NCBI GenBank assembly: GCA_964016885.1
Contig: OZ024753.1
Location: 43,896,001 to 43,960,000 of the forward strand
Source of the DNA: Eledone cirrhosa
Lineage: Eukaryota
Length of the DNA stretch: 64,000 nt
Direction of reading: 5' to 3'
Below, one piece after another: positions 14,033-25,652 of the stretch. The position numbers and the translations under genes are program-made. The notes below the pieces were generated by a model, which was not told where the DNA came from, ran no database searches, and saw only the letters and a program-made list of their open reading frames with translations. Each line of letters opens with the position of its first letter. Position 1 is the stretch's first letter.

Positions 14033-14310
14033 TAACCCCCCCAGCATTTCAACTGGCTGTATCCAGCCAGAATTCTCTCACCTCTTTCTTTTCAAACCAG
14101 CCGTAACTAGCCACTCATACTGATGTTATGGCATTGTTCTCAAAATAAATGATATCTATATCTCATAGATTCAATATTATGTGGGATAAAGCCTTTATGG
14201 CAAAATTACAATAGTAAATATAGAGTAATGTAAATGTTATGTGAGATATTATGTGAGATAAAGCCTTTACTGTGAAAATACAATAGTATATATAGAGTAA
14301 TGTAAATGGT
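14033..14310 (+). mobile_element. piggyBac-like MITE copy with two internal 72-bp-type units
   Basis: Colinear with 24762-25687; termini degenerate. Confidence 0.75.
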
Positions 14311-15446
14311 AGAAACTATAATATGTCTTAGGTTTGAGCATCCTGCAACAAATTAGAAAATAATTATCTAAAAAGGAGTTTATTAATTGAAATGTTTATA
14401 GAATATTTTGCTAATAGTGGGTAGATCATGAAAATTTGAAGGAAACTAAAGACTTCAATTTTTAATGTGGTGCTGCCATAATATTGTTTTATATTTTCAA
14501 GAAGGATTTGCTAATGCAGTTTGATGTGGTACAGGACATTAACATTTTATATGTAACTGATGCTGTATCAAATGTCACTACATCCATTTAGAAACCAATG
14601 AAAGTTACATATGGATACTACCAAACTATAAAACATGGTGTGTCAGTGAAAAAGCAAATCGGGAAAGTGTCGTTGATTTAGAGATAAGAATTACAAAATA
14701 TATATTTTATCTTTTTTAGTTTTAACAATAGAAATTACCATTGAAATTGATATAATAGAATTTCCTTGTAACAGGAGCAAAGCTGAAGAATGTAGAATAA
14801 CATTACAAAACAAATGTTTTCCTCAATTATTGAAAAAGTATTTTGCTCTTGAATCAAGTGATTCCAAACAAATGAATTATTTATTCTCCAAGACAACTCT
14901 GTATTCATTTTTAGATTAATTTACTATAAAGTAGTGTGAAAATGAAAATTAAATTCCAATAGAAAAATGTAAAGGACTGCTGTTATAGGATTTGTGTTCA
15001 GTTCAGTACATCTACTTTTTGTGAGATTTTTCTGTCATGTTTGCCTATAATCAATCATATTCTATACAAGAATGATTCCTTTAATCCAGGAAGCACTCAG
15101 CAGAAAGAAATCTGTTCAGAAAACACACAAAATAAATATAGAAAAAGTAATAGAAAAAAATTTAACAAAAAATAAAAAAAATAGAAAAGTGAAATATAAG
15201 TTGAAATATTTTGATTAAAAAAAAAACACAAACAAACAAAACAAAAACCCCAGCATTTTTCCTTAAAATAACTTCTTGATATTAAACAGATGTATCTTTG
15301 CATCTTCCTTTTGAAATATAGTAACAGTGGCATTCCTTTTAAAACCATCCATCAATTTAGAAAACAACTTTTCTATTCTCCTTCTGTCGAAATCTGGGCA
15401 ATAGTTATTTTACTTTGTGTTAGACCTATATAATATTATTATTATT

Positions 15447-15960
15447 AAGGCAGTAGAGTGTTGGCCTTGTGCCTAAATCAGAAACCATTGTCAACTTTGC
15501 CTTTCATCCTTACAGGGTCGATAAAATAAAGTACCAGTAATGTACTGGGTTATTGCTGGCCTTGTGCCAAAATCAGAGACTATTATTATTATTATGATTA
15601 CTTTTGGCACAAGGCCAGCAATTATCCCAGTGCAGTACCAGTAATACACTGGGATAATTGCTGGCCTTGTGTCAAAAGTAGAAACAATTATTATTATGAT
15701 TATTTATATTATTATTGTTAAGGTGGTGGATTAACAGTAATCGGTAGAGCGTCAGACACCATGTTTCGTGACATAGATTTGCGGCCCTTTCTGTTCTGAG
15801 TTCAAATCCCGCCGAGGTTAACTTTGCCTTTCATCCTTACAGGGTCGATAAGATAAAGTACCAGTAATGCACTGGGGTCTATTTAATTGATCCCCCCCAC
15901 CCCCTCTCCTAAAATTGCTGGCCTTGTGCCTAAATCAGAAACCATTATTATTATTATTAT
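15447..15960 (+). mobile_element. Cluster of family A SINE fragments plus one full-length long-variant copy (15721-15945)
   Basis: gagttcaaatcccgccgagg..gcctttcatcc..gtcgataa..gtaccag..ggccttgtgcc, (ATT)n tails. Confidence 0.85.
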
Positions 15961-16295
15961 TGTTGTTGTTGCTGTTGTTATCGTTGTTGTTGTTATCGTT
16001 GTTGTTGTATCGTTGTTGTTGTTGTTGTTGTATCGTTGTTGCTGCTGCTGTTATCGTTCCTGTTGTTATTATTGTGTTATCGTTGTTGTTGTTGTTGTTG
16101 CTGTCGCTGTTGTTCTTGTTGCTGTTGTTGCTGCTGCTGCTGCTGTTGCTGTTGCTGTTGTTGTTGTTGTTGCTGTTGTTGTTGCTGCTGTTGTCGTTAT
16201 TTTTTATTATTTTATTTTGTTATTATTGTTATTATTGTTATTGTTGTTATTATCATTGTTGCTGTTATTGTTGTTGTTGTTGTTGTTGTTGTTAT
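15945..16295. repeat. (GTT)/(GCT)/(ATT) microsatellite
   Basis: Direct observation; extends from the SINE tail. Confidence 0.9.
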
Positions 16296-16773
16296 CTTTT
16301 CCCCTGTTTGAAAAAGGAAAAGAAAATATAATTGTTGCTTTTCATAACTGACATATGAGAATGTTAAGTGAAGTTGATTGTTTTTGAACTTTTACTCATC
16401 TGAGAAGAACTATGATGAAGATATTCCCCATAGTACAATACCATGCCTGCAACACTCTACTCAATTATATATATATATTGCAGTAATATATTTACAAACA
16501 ATAATTATACTTGTTTCATTGAAAAAGAGCAAGTAGGTTTTACTTTTAGTTTTAGTTCTTTTTCTCTCTCTTTTCTCTTCTGTTTGCAATATTAGCTCAT
16601 GTTAAGTAAAATTTAATTTTTCATGTATTTGGTGAACAGCTTATGTTGGTCAATGATTAATGAAGTAATTAAAATAAATGCATGCGATACATGTGTGTGG
16701 TGGAGAAGAAGGTTTCTGAGTATGATATGAAATATGAGTGATTTTAACACTTTACTTAACATTTAACCCTTTC

Positions 16774-16948
16774 GGGCGGTGGATTGGCAGTATCGGTAGA
16801 GGGTTGGACACCATGCATTACAGCTTTTTATGGTCTGAGTTTAAATCCCGCCGAGGTTAACTTTGCCTTTCATCCTTACGGGGTCGATAAAATAAAGTAC
16901 CAGTGGTACACTGGGATAATTGCTGGCCTTGTGCCAAAAGAAACAATT
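16774..16948 (+). mobile_element. tRNA-derived SINE family A with 13-bp TSD
   Basis: TSD atttaaccctttc at 16761-16773 and 16949-16961; A box tggcagtatcgg. Confidence 0.9.
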
Positions 16949-17559
16949 ATTTAACCCTTTCATTACCTTATTTCTGTATGTATACTGCAAGTATACTGTC
17001 TATACTTGTATATTAATTTTTGAAATGAGAAAAAAATCTTTTTTAAATGAATGAATTAAGTAAATGTAAGTAAGCTACCATTGTGGAAGGAAGATACAGT
17101 AGAGGAAGACCTGGGCAGATGTGGTGAACATGAAGTACTGTAATACTATCGTACTGTACTGTATTGTATTATATTGAAAAATAAAGTACCAGTCATGCAC
17201 TGGGGTCAATTTAATCGACTTTCCTCTCCCCCAAAATTGATGGCCTTGTGCCTATATAAGAAACCATTATATTGCATTGCAGCAAAGAGTTACGGCCCTT
17301 TATGGTCTGAGTTCAAATCTCGCCAAGTTTAACTTTGCCATAAAGTACCAGTAATACACTGGGATAATTGCTGGCCTTGAGCCAAAAGTAGAAACAATTA
17401 TATTGTATTAAATCGTATCAACCACTGAATACTTTATCTGATTAAAGTGGGAGGAATGTTCAAGGCTTAGTTTCATTTTGATCCTCCTTGGGTAAGTTTC
17501 TTCTGCTCTTTTACTACTGCCTCAGGTTGACCAATGCCTTGTGAGTGGAACTTATAACA

Positions 17560-17675
17560 CAGCTTTTGATTCCAGAGTTGAGCCAGATCGATACAGAGTT
17601 GATCAATAGCAAAACGCGCGTCACCAATCAATAAATGTAATGAAGGCTTAACAAATCGTCCTTGTATTTTTATAT
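17560..17675 (+). mobile_element. Penelope-like remnant with half-hammerhead
   Basis: aaacgcgcgtc; inverted homologue at 29680-29785. Confidence 0.5.
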
Positions 17676-17689
17676 TATATATATATATA

Positions 17690-17870
17690 CCTTTTAATGT
17701 CTTTCCACCACTCCCCCTCACACCCTCGGAACTCTTTTCCTTCCTACTGTTCTCCTGATGAAGGGCTTATCCCCGAAACGTCGTCCCCCACCGCCACTCT
17801 CAAGCGTGAACCTAATACTAACACTTTGTACTGCACTTGTCGTTATTGATTTTGTTTTCTGTTTTAACTT
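17690..17870 (+). mobile_element. TA-flanked Penelope-like terminal repeat with minimal hammerhead core
   Basis: ctgatga-a-ggg-cttatc-ccc-gaaacgtc at 17755-17782. Confidence 0.7.
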
Positions 17871-18120
17871 ATATATATATATATGTGTGTGTGTGTGGGT
17901 GTGTGTATGTATATACACACACTCACACACGCACACATAAATATATTGCAGAGGTTTTTTTATGTTTATGTCTGTGTTGCATGACCTAGCAGTTAAACAA
18001 AAAAAAAGCGGAATTAAATAAATTCAAACTTGAAAAAATAGAAACTGGAGACGATATGATCAACTAAATCAGGGTGGTGCTCCAACATGGTCGCAGTCAA
18101 ATATCTGAAACCAATTAGTG

Positions 18121-18400
18121 TCATCATCATCATCATCATCATCATCGTTTAACGTCCATCTTCCACGCTTGCATGGGTTTGGACGGGAGTTTTCCCACTT
18201 GAGGCAAGATTGGTTGTCTTGCTCGTATAGGACTGTCTGGCGGGTTTTCTACAGCTGGATGCCCTTCCTAACACCAACCACGTTTACAGTGTGGACTGGG
18301 AGGTTTTTACCATGTTACCTACACGGCCACATTACAGCGTGGACTGTGTGTTTTTGTGTCGTGACACCTACACGACCTCCTTTGTTTCGGGCTGGATGTT
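18121..18400 (-). mobile_element. SINE 3' part with (GAT)n tail
   Basis: catcatcgtttaacgtcc..gcatgggtt..ggatgcccttcctaacacc. Confidence 0.75.
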
Positions 18401-19359
18401 GTGGTACCAACATAACTTTACATTGAAAGGGGTGGTGTGGATGCGGTGGGGGTAGTGGGGCGGGGGTGTATTTTGTTAGAGGTGCCTACTGACTGTAGTA
18501 GATTTCTCTTTGTACTAGTGTATATACGAGTACTAATGATTGTTTGAAAATCATTCAGTTTTGTAAAATTTATAGTATGAGTGGTAGTTGAGAATTGGAA
18601 TGAGTCATGAGACTGTTTGGAAATTAATTTCAGAAATAAACTGTCTAAAGCAAAGATAAATGGAATGACATGATTACCTAATGACAGCAGCAGATTATTT
18701 CTTTTTCAGTCATGAGAGACAGATTATAAAACTATATATGTACATACACACAAAATGGACATAACAGTATTCACACCAGTCTGTTGTAATATTCGATTTG
18801 GCATAAAAGTGTTCTGCTTGTCAAAGAATTTACTCATACTGCATCTTTTAAGATAATAGGTTTGTTGTGTCCCTTGGGGCAATTTACATTTAATCAAAAC
18901 ATCATTGATTCTATGAATGCTGAAACTTAATTCCAAACTATAAAAGGTTGATTAGTTTGACCTCAGTTATTCTCCAATCAATCTCAGAGATTTCAGCCAT
19001 AACCTAAAGATAATAAATTTAGATGAATTCTTTACTATGTTAAGATCCCCCCCCCCCTCTCTATCTCTTCTATCCTCTTCCTCTCTTTCTCTCTTTCAAT
19101 GAATTTATGTTGAGGTATTTTACAAGTAACAGAAAGAGATTAAAATTTTAGTAGTTCAGTTTTCCACACAGCCTATAGCAGTGTAAAATTTGAAGAAAAT
19201 TGCTGAATATCTCAAGTATTTTGATATTGACAAATATTTAACCATTTCATTTGCTCCATTTCTAATGAAAAGTGCTGCTTATAATTTTCAAATGTTTGGA
19301 AATAATCAGGTATTTGAAGAGGTGCAGTAATATAACTGATTTTGTCATTTTTTATACAA

Positions 19360-19580
19360 TTAACCCTTTAGCATTTACATTACTCTATATTTACTATTGT
19401 ATGTTCATGGTAAGGCTTTATTTCACATAATTATCTCAAATAATATTGAATCTATGAGATTTTGATATGTTATATTTTGATAACCATACCTTAACATCAG
19501 TATGAACAGCTGGTTGCTTCAGTATGATCAGAGGTGAGAAAATTCTGGCCGGATATGGTCAGTTTAAATGCTAAAGGTTT
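19360..19580 (-). mobile_element. piggyBac-like MITE, single-unit form
   Basis: ttaa-ccctttagcattta ... taaatgctaaaggtt. Confidence 0.8.
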
Positions 19581-19810
19581 GAGCTGGTATTTGAAACATA
19601 ACTTAACATAGATTATATACATATGGGATGTGCAATTTGTGTAAATGTGGTTGGTGTTAGGAAGGGCATCCAGCTGTAAAACTCCCAGCCAAATTTACAG
19701 TTTTGTCAGAGCAAGGTATGGCGTGCTCAATTCTGGCCAGACTTGCCTTCTGACATGGATGACCTGCCTAACCCATGCAACCATAGAAAATGGATGTTAG
19801 ATGATGATGA

Positions 19811-20004
19811 TCATCATCATCATCATCATTTTACATCCGCTTTTCCCTGCTTGCAAGGGTGGGATGGGTCCTATTCAGCACAGCATCTTTCCACTTGTCA
19901 CGGTCCTTCGTCATCTCCTCCGTGAGCTTCAGCAATCTCAGGTCTGCTCTCGCCACCTCCACCCATGTTTTTCGTGGTCTTCCTCTACTGCATCTTCCTT
20001 CTAC
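19811..20004 (-). mobile_element. 5'-truncated RTE-clade LINE 3' end
   Basis: Encodes GRPRKTW..DLR..DRDKW (RTE ORF C-terminus-like) followed by a (GAT)n tail. Confidence 0.8.
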
Positions 20005-20958
20005 TATATATATAATCAATTTAAGAGCAGTGGGTCACAGCACAAACATTTAAAACATGACTCATTTCAGAAATTTTCTGTGAATTCTGCTAATACTATT
20101 TTTCAATATTCAAAATTGTTTTTTGAGGTTCCCGTATAACAATTCCAGATTCCCAAAACTCTCTTGTTTGTTTTTTTATGATTTCATAAATAATGGAATG
20201 ATTTGATGTAGACATGAAATAATAATAACTTAAGAGCAATAGATATCTGTAGTGTTATAAAAAACATATTGGATTATAAAAACACAACACAGCACCTACT
20301 TTTTATTTTTATTTTTAATGGAAATCATAAAATAACTGTGAGTGTGTGCACCTGTGTGTGTGTGTGTGTATGTGTGCGTGCACCTGTGTGTGTGTGCATG
20401 TGAGAGAGAGAGAGAGAAAGGAAAAGGGAGAGCGAGAGAAAGAAAGATAAAGAGTGAGTAAAAAAAAAGAGAGATAAGGAGAGAGAGAAAGAGAGAGAGA
20501 GAGAAAGAAAAATATATAAATATATATATATAAATATGTATATATTGCGAGGGAGAGAGTCAATGACAGATAATGAGAGAGAGAAAGTGAGAGGGAGAGA
20601 AAGAAAGATACAGAGAGAGACAAGAGACAATGATAGAGACAGAGATAGAGAGAGATATGGCTATGTGTAAATGTCAAGGTATATGAGGTAGAGATCTGTC
20701 ATCAGATTTACTGATGTTTAAAGACATCTCAAGCACTCAAAGCAATCAAACCCGCAATGATAAATACAAAATTGTATGAAAGAATGACTTTGTCCTCTCT
20801 ACTCTCAAACACTGTTTTGATATAAGGACAGGTTTTCAAATAAAAGCCTCAATAACATTAGATATTTTCTAGGAGAGGCATAACTATTATTTATCTAACC
20901 TTCAGTTGCTGTTGTTGAGTGGTTGGTGAAGTATTTTATTATTTAGAAAACTATAAAT

Positions 20959-21350
20959 GGTGGTGGATTGGCAGTATCAGTAGAGGGTCGGACGCCATGC
21001 TTTCCAGCATAGTTACGTCCCTTTACGATCTGAGTTCAAATCCTGCCGAGGTTGACTTTGCCTTTCATCTTTACGGGGTCGATAAAATAAAGTACCAGTA
21101 ATGCACTGGGTAATTTCTGGCCTTGTGCCTAAAGTAGAAACAATTATTTAGAAAACTATAAATGGTGGTGGATTGGCAGTAGTTGGTAGAGCGTCAGACA
21201 CCCTTCTTTATGACATAGAGTTATGGTCTTTTGAAATATTCTGAGTTCAAATCTCACTGAGGTTAGCTTTGCTTTTCATCCTTATAGGGTCAATAAAATA
21301 AAGTACCAGTAACATACCGAGGCTGATTTAATCAACTTTTCGCCCCCCAA
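20959..21350 (+). mobile_element. Two head-to-tail family A SINEs (young 20959-21145; older 21164-21350)
   Basis: 21-bp duplication attatttagaaaactataaat at 20938-20958 and 21143-21163. Confidence 0.88.
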
Positions 21351-21354
21351 AAAA

Positions 21355-21700
21355 TTATATACTTATATACAAGTAAAATAAATATACATAAACATATGAG
21401 AGATATTTATATACAAGTTAAATAAATAATGTACATAAACATTAGAGGAATATTTATACACAAGTTGAATATATAATATACACAAACATATGAGAGATAT
21501 TTATATACAAGCTAAATATATAATATACACAAACATATGAGAGATATTTATATCTAAGGTAAATGTATAATATACACAAACTTAAATGATACATCTATAT
21601 ACAAGTTAACTATATAGCATACATAAGCATATGATATAATTATTTTCAAGCTAAATGTATAGTATACACAAACTTCAATGATACATCTATATACTAACTT
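21355..21700. repeat. Diverged ~45-bp AT-rich tandem repeat
   Basis: atacaagttaaatatataatatacacaaacatatgagagatattt-like units. Confidence 0.7.
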
Positions 21701-22138
21701 AATATGATAGACAATGTGAGACAGTGCAGTTTTGTGTAGTTGCTTTCATTTTGTGTATTTTCATATCACATGGCAGTAAGAACAATACTGCTATTTAATC
21801 CAGTAATGCAATGTTAGCATCTGTTAAATTTGATGTTAAAATCTCTCGAACCATCTTAGTATATTGATTCTCTGCAGTTGTCCAATAGACAGCCGATGTG
21901 TGGTTCTGACACAACAGAGGTGAGGTCCTTTTAAACTTTTTCTACTATGTTCAGCTTGTATAAATTTAAAAAAGATAAAGAATTATATATTCAGCTTGTA
22001 TATAAATGTATCATTGAAGTTTTTTTAAAAATAAAATCTTAACTAGGGGGGTGCGGGGGGGGGGGGGGGGATGATAGAGGTTGTTGAAGTGGGGGTGGTG
22101 GCAACCATTATATTATAATATATAGGTGGATTGGCCAT

Positions 22139-22330
22139 GGTGGTGGATTGGCAGTATCGGTAGAGGGTCGGACACCCTGCTTTGCAGCATAGAGTTACAG
22201 CCCTTTATGATCTGAGTTCAAATTCCGCCGAGGTTAACTTTGCCTTTCCCCCTTACGGGGGTAGATAAAATAAAGTACCAGTAATGTACTGGGTAATTGC
22301 TGGTCTAGTGCCAAAAGTAGAAACAATTAT
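22139..22330 (+). mobile_element. SINE family A
   Basis: A/B boxes and family body; gaaacaatta end. Confidence 0.9.
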
Positions 22331-22392
22331 AATATAATATATATATATAAGGACTTCTCGATTGCATAGAGAACCGTAGAAATAATTATAAT

Positions 22393-22499
22393 TGTTTCTA
22401 CTTTAGGCACGAGGCCAGCAATTACCCAGTGCATTACTGGTACTTTATTTTTATCGACCCCCGTAAGGATGAAAGGCAAAGTCAAACTCGGTGGGATTT
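22393..22499 (-). mobile_element. 5'-truncated SINE family A with 21-bp TSD
   Basis: TSD aaccgtagaaataattataat at 22372-22392 and 22500-22520. Confidence 0.88.
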
Positions 22500-22670
22500 A
22501 ACCGTAGAAATAATTATAATGATTAAACGATCTATGTAACCTCAGCATCTTATTTTATTATTTTTATAAAAATCTCCATCGTAACTAAAAACTACAATTG
22601 TTGAGAGCTTTCTCCTGCTCGCTCCTGTTTTTACCAAATCAATCCCTTCTGAACAGAATATATATATATA

Positions 22671-23064
22671 TCATCACCATCATCACCATTTTATGTCCGT
22701 TCTTCCACGCTAGCATGGGTTAGACGGGTTATCCAGTTGTGGGCAGTGTCCGATCGGCTGACCTTGTCTTATTCATACGGGAACTGATTCTGGCTTGATT
22801 TCTACAGTTGGATGCCCTTCCTAACACCAACCTCATTTACAGTGAGTGCTGGGTGCTTTTTTGCCGTGGCACCTCCACGACCACTTTGCAGTGGAATGAT
22901 AGGGACCCCTGCCCCTATCATCTCATTTCTACAGCTGAGTAAACTGGAGCAATGTGAAATAAAGTCTCCTGCTCAAGGAAACAACACATCACCCGGTCTG
23001 AGAATTGAACTCACAACCTTTCGATTGCAAGGCCAATGCTCTAACCACTAAGCCATGTGCCTCC
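22671..23064 (-). mobile_element. Full-length composite CORE-like SINE (family B) with gcatggg-type tail
   Basis: Head ggaggcacatggcttagtgg, B box gagttcaattc, CORE-like ccttgagcaggagac; inserted in (TA)n. Confidence 0.88.
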
Positions 23065-23444
23065 ATATATATATAAAACAGAGTGTTGTAGCTTGGTTGA
23101 AGCATTGTTTAATAGGAAACAATGCGTTATGAAGATTGTTAAATTTAACAATCTTCCTAACGCATTGTGTTGGTCTTCAAAATATATATATATATATCAT
23201 CATCATCGATTAACATCTATTTTCCATGCTAGAATGGGTTAGACAAGTCCCATTTAGAGGCAAGTTGGGTCAGGTGAACATGTCTCGCTCATATAGGAGT
23301 ATTTCTGGCTGGTTTTCTACGGCTGAATACCCTTCCTAATGCCAACCACATTGACAGGGTGTGCTGGGTGCTTTTTGCCATGTCTTTTACTTGTCCACTT
23401 TACAGTGTGGGCTGGGTCAGGGTTATATATATACATCCAGGGAG

Positions 23445-23570
23445 TGTAACTTGGAGTTACTGTAGGTTCACCCGGGTGAGCACTCGATGTTTAGGTTCAC
23501 TTCAGTGTCGGGGTGTAGATCTAGACAGTGTGTATTATAGTGAAATAAGATAACACTTATCGGTTCATCT
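23445..23570. mobile_element. TA-flanked element end shared with 29565-29680
   Basis: atccagggagtgtaac..ggtgagcactcgatgtttaggttcac near-identical in both. Confidence 0.65.
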
Positions 23571-24902
23571 TTTCCTCCCTGGGCCTCATTTACTCTGTGT
23601 TCCTTTATTGTCTCTGTTAATCTCACTAACCATCTTTTGTCCAACATAAATGTCAAACACTTAATTATTAACATATTCTGACCTCTCTATATCATTTCAT
23701 CTAAGTTCTGTTTTATTTTTGTCTCTTAAAATACTTGAAATATTTCATGACATTGTTTGACTATCTTGTTAGACACTGGGACCTCATATGTTGCAGTTGT
23801 CTTGTTGGTAGGGGTTGAAACTGTGTATGTCCATTTTTAAGGCCAATGGCCGTCTTTGTACCTTTTGTCAATCTTGCCCAATCTTGCTCTGATCCTGTGA
23901 GTGTGTAGGTGAAACTCTAGAGGAACAAGGCTCTCCACTTAGAAATATTTAAACTGCAATTCGGTATTGAGAACTTTCTTTCACGTCCATCAATAATACA
24001 CATATATATATATATAAATGTATGTGTGTATATATGTATATATGTAAATATATGATGATGATGATATACACACATATATATATATGTATATATATATATA
24101 TATCTGAGCTCTAAAGAAGAAACATTTGTGATGACTAATGATATAGCTCATGCCACATCTGTTCAACTGATGGTGGTGTGAAAGTAAAAAGAGACATTAA
24201 AACAATGTTAATGGTGACAATAGACTATAAAAATTGAAGGTAAATAAATCATGGCTGTGTAATATAAGGCAATGTAATTCAAATGGTTTTAAAGTTATTT
24301 ATATTATAACAAGATGCAGTGCAGCATCATTAGCATTATTACTATGCTCCCCCCACTGCCCACTGTGTGTTTGTTGTCAGTCTGGTCTCTGACCTACTAT
24401 TATCTACTATTATCTTCCTTTTTGGTCAGGATGGTAACAAACACCCTTTCATTCTTATTTTCACTTTACTCTTATATCCTTCCTCTTTGAGAAGATATGT
24501 AGCTTAGTGGTTATAATGTTCAGCTCAAGATTGGGAGGCCAAAGTTTTGATTCCTGTTGGTGGTGAATTATATCCTTGAGCAAGAGACTTTATTTCATGT
24601 CACTCCAGTTCATTCAGCTGGAAAAAATATTAGTTGTACTTGCACTTGAAAAGGACCAGTTTATCTGGATTTCCACAAGAACTGTGTTAAAGTTATATTT
24701 GTGTCTAGAATGCTCAGCCACTGGCACAGTAACTTCATAAGCAGGTTTTTCCATAGATTAACCCTTTAGCATTTAAACCGGCCATAACCGGCCTGAATTC
24801 TCTCACCTCTTTCTGTTCAAACTGGCTGTAACCAGCTATTCATACTCATGTTAAGGTATTGTTATCAAAATAAATGATATCAAACTCTCACAGATTCAAT
24901 AT

Positions 24903-25466
24903 TATATGAGATATTATGTAAGATAAAACCTTTACTGTGAAAATACAATAGTATATATAGAGTAATGTAAATGTTATGTGAGATATTATGTGAGGTAAAG
25001 CCTTTACCATGAAAATACAATAGTATATATAGAGTAATGTAAATGTTATGAGATATTATGTGAGGTAAAGCCTTTACTGTGAAAATACAAAAGTATATAT
25101 AGAGTAATGTAAATGTTATGTGAGATATTATGTGAGGTAAAGCCTTTACTGTGAAAATACAATAGTATATATAGAGTAATGTAAATGTTATGTGAGATAT
25201 TATGTGAGGTAAAGCCTTTACTGTGAAAATACAATAGTATATATAGAGTAAAGTAAATGTTATGTGAGATATTATGTGAGGTAAAGCCTTTACTGTGAAA
25301 ATACAATAGTATATATAGAGTAAAGTAAATGTTGTGAGATATTATGTAAGGTAAAGCCTTTACTGTGAACATACAATAGTATATATAGAGTAAAGTAAAT
25401 GTTATGTGAGATATTATGCGAGGTAAAACCTTTACTGTGAAAATACAATATTATATATAGAGTAAT
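24903..25466. repeat. 72-bp tandem repeat, ~8 units
   Basis: ttatgtgagatattatgtgaggtaaagcctttactgtgaaaatacaatagtatatatagagtaatgtaaatg. Confidence 0.92.
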
Positions 25467-25652
25467 TGTTTCTACTTTAGGCACAAGGCCAGCAAATACC
25501 CAGTGCATTACTGGTACTTTATTTTATCGAACCCCGTAAGGATGAAAGGCAAAGTCAACCTCGGCGGGATTTGAACTCAGATCGTAAAGGGACGTAACTA
25601 TGCTGGAAAGCATGGCGTCCGATCCTCTACCGATACTGCCAATCCACCGCCC
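25467..25652 (-). mobile_element. Young SINE family A with 19-bp TSD
   Basis: TSD atattatatatagagtaat at 25448-25466 and 25654-25672. Confidence 0.92.

Noticed and set aside
16774-16860. tRNA genes (A/B boxes)
   Set aside because: These are SINE heads continuing into SINE bodies with TSDs; no full cloverleaf.
23570-23900. Degenerate RTE ORF fragment (DKRWLVRLTE)
   Set aside because: Only a faint motif resemblance; cannot be supported without a search.
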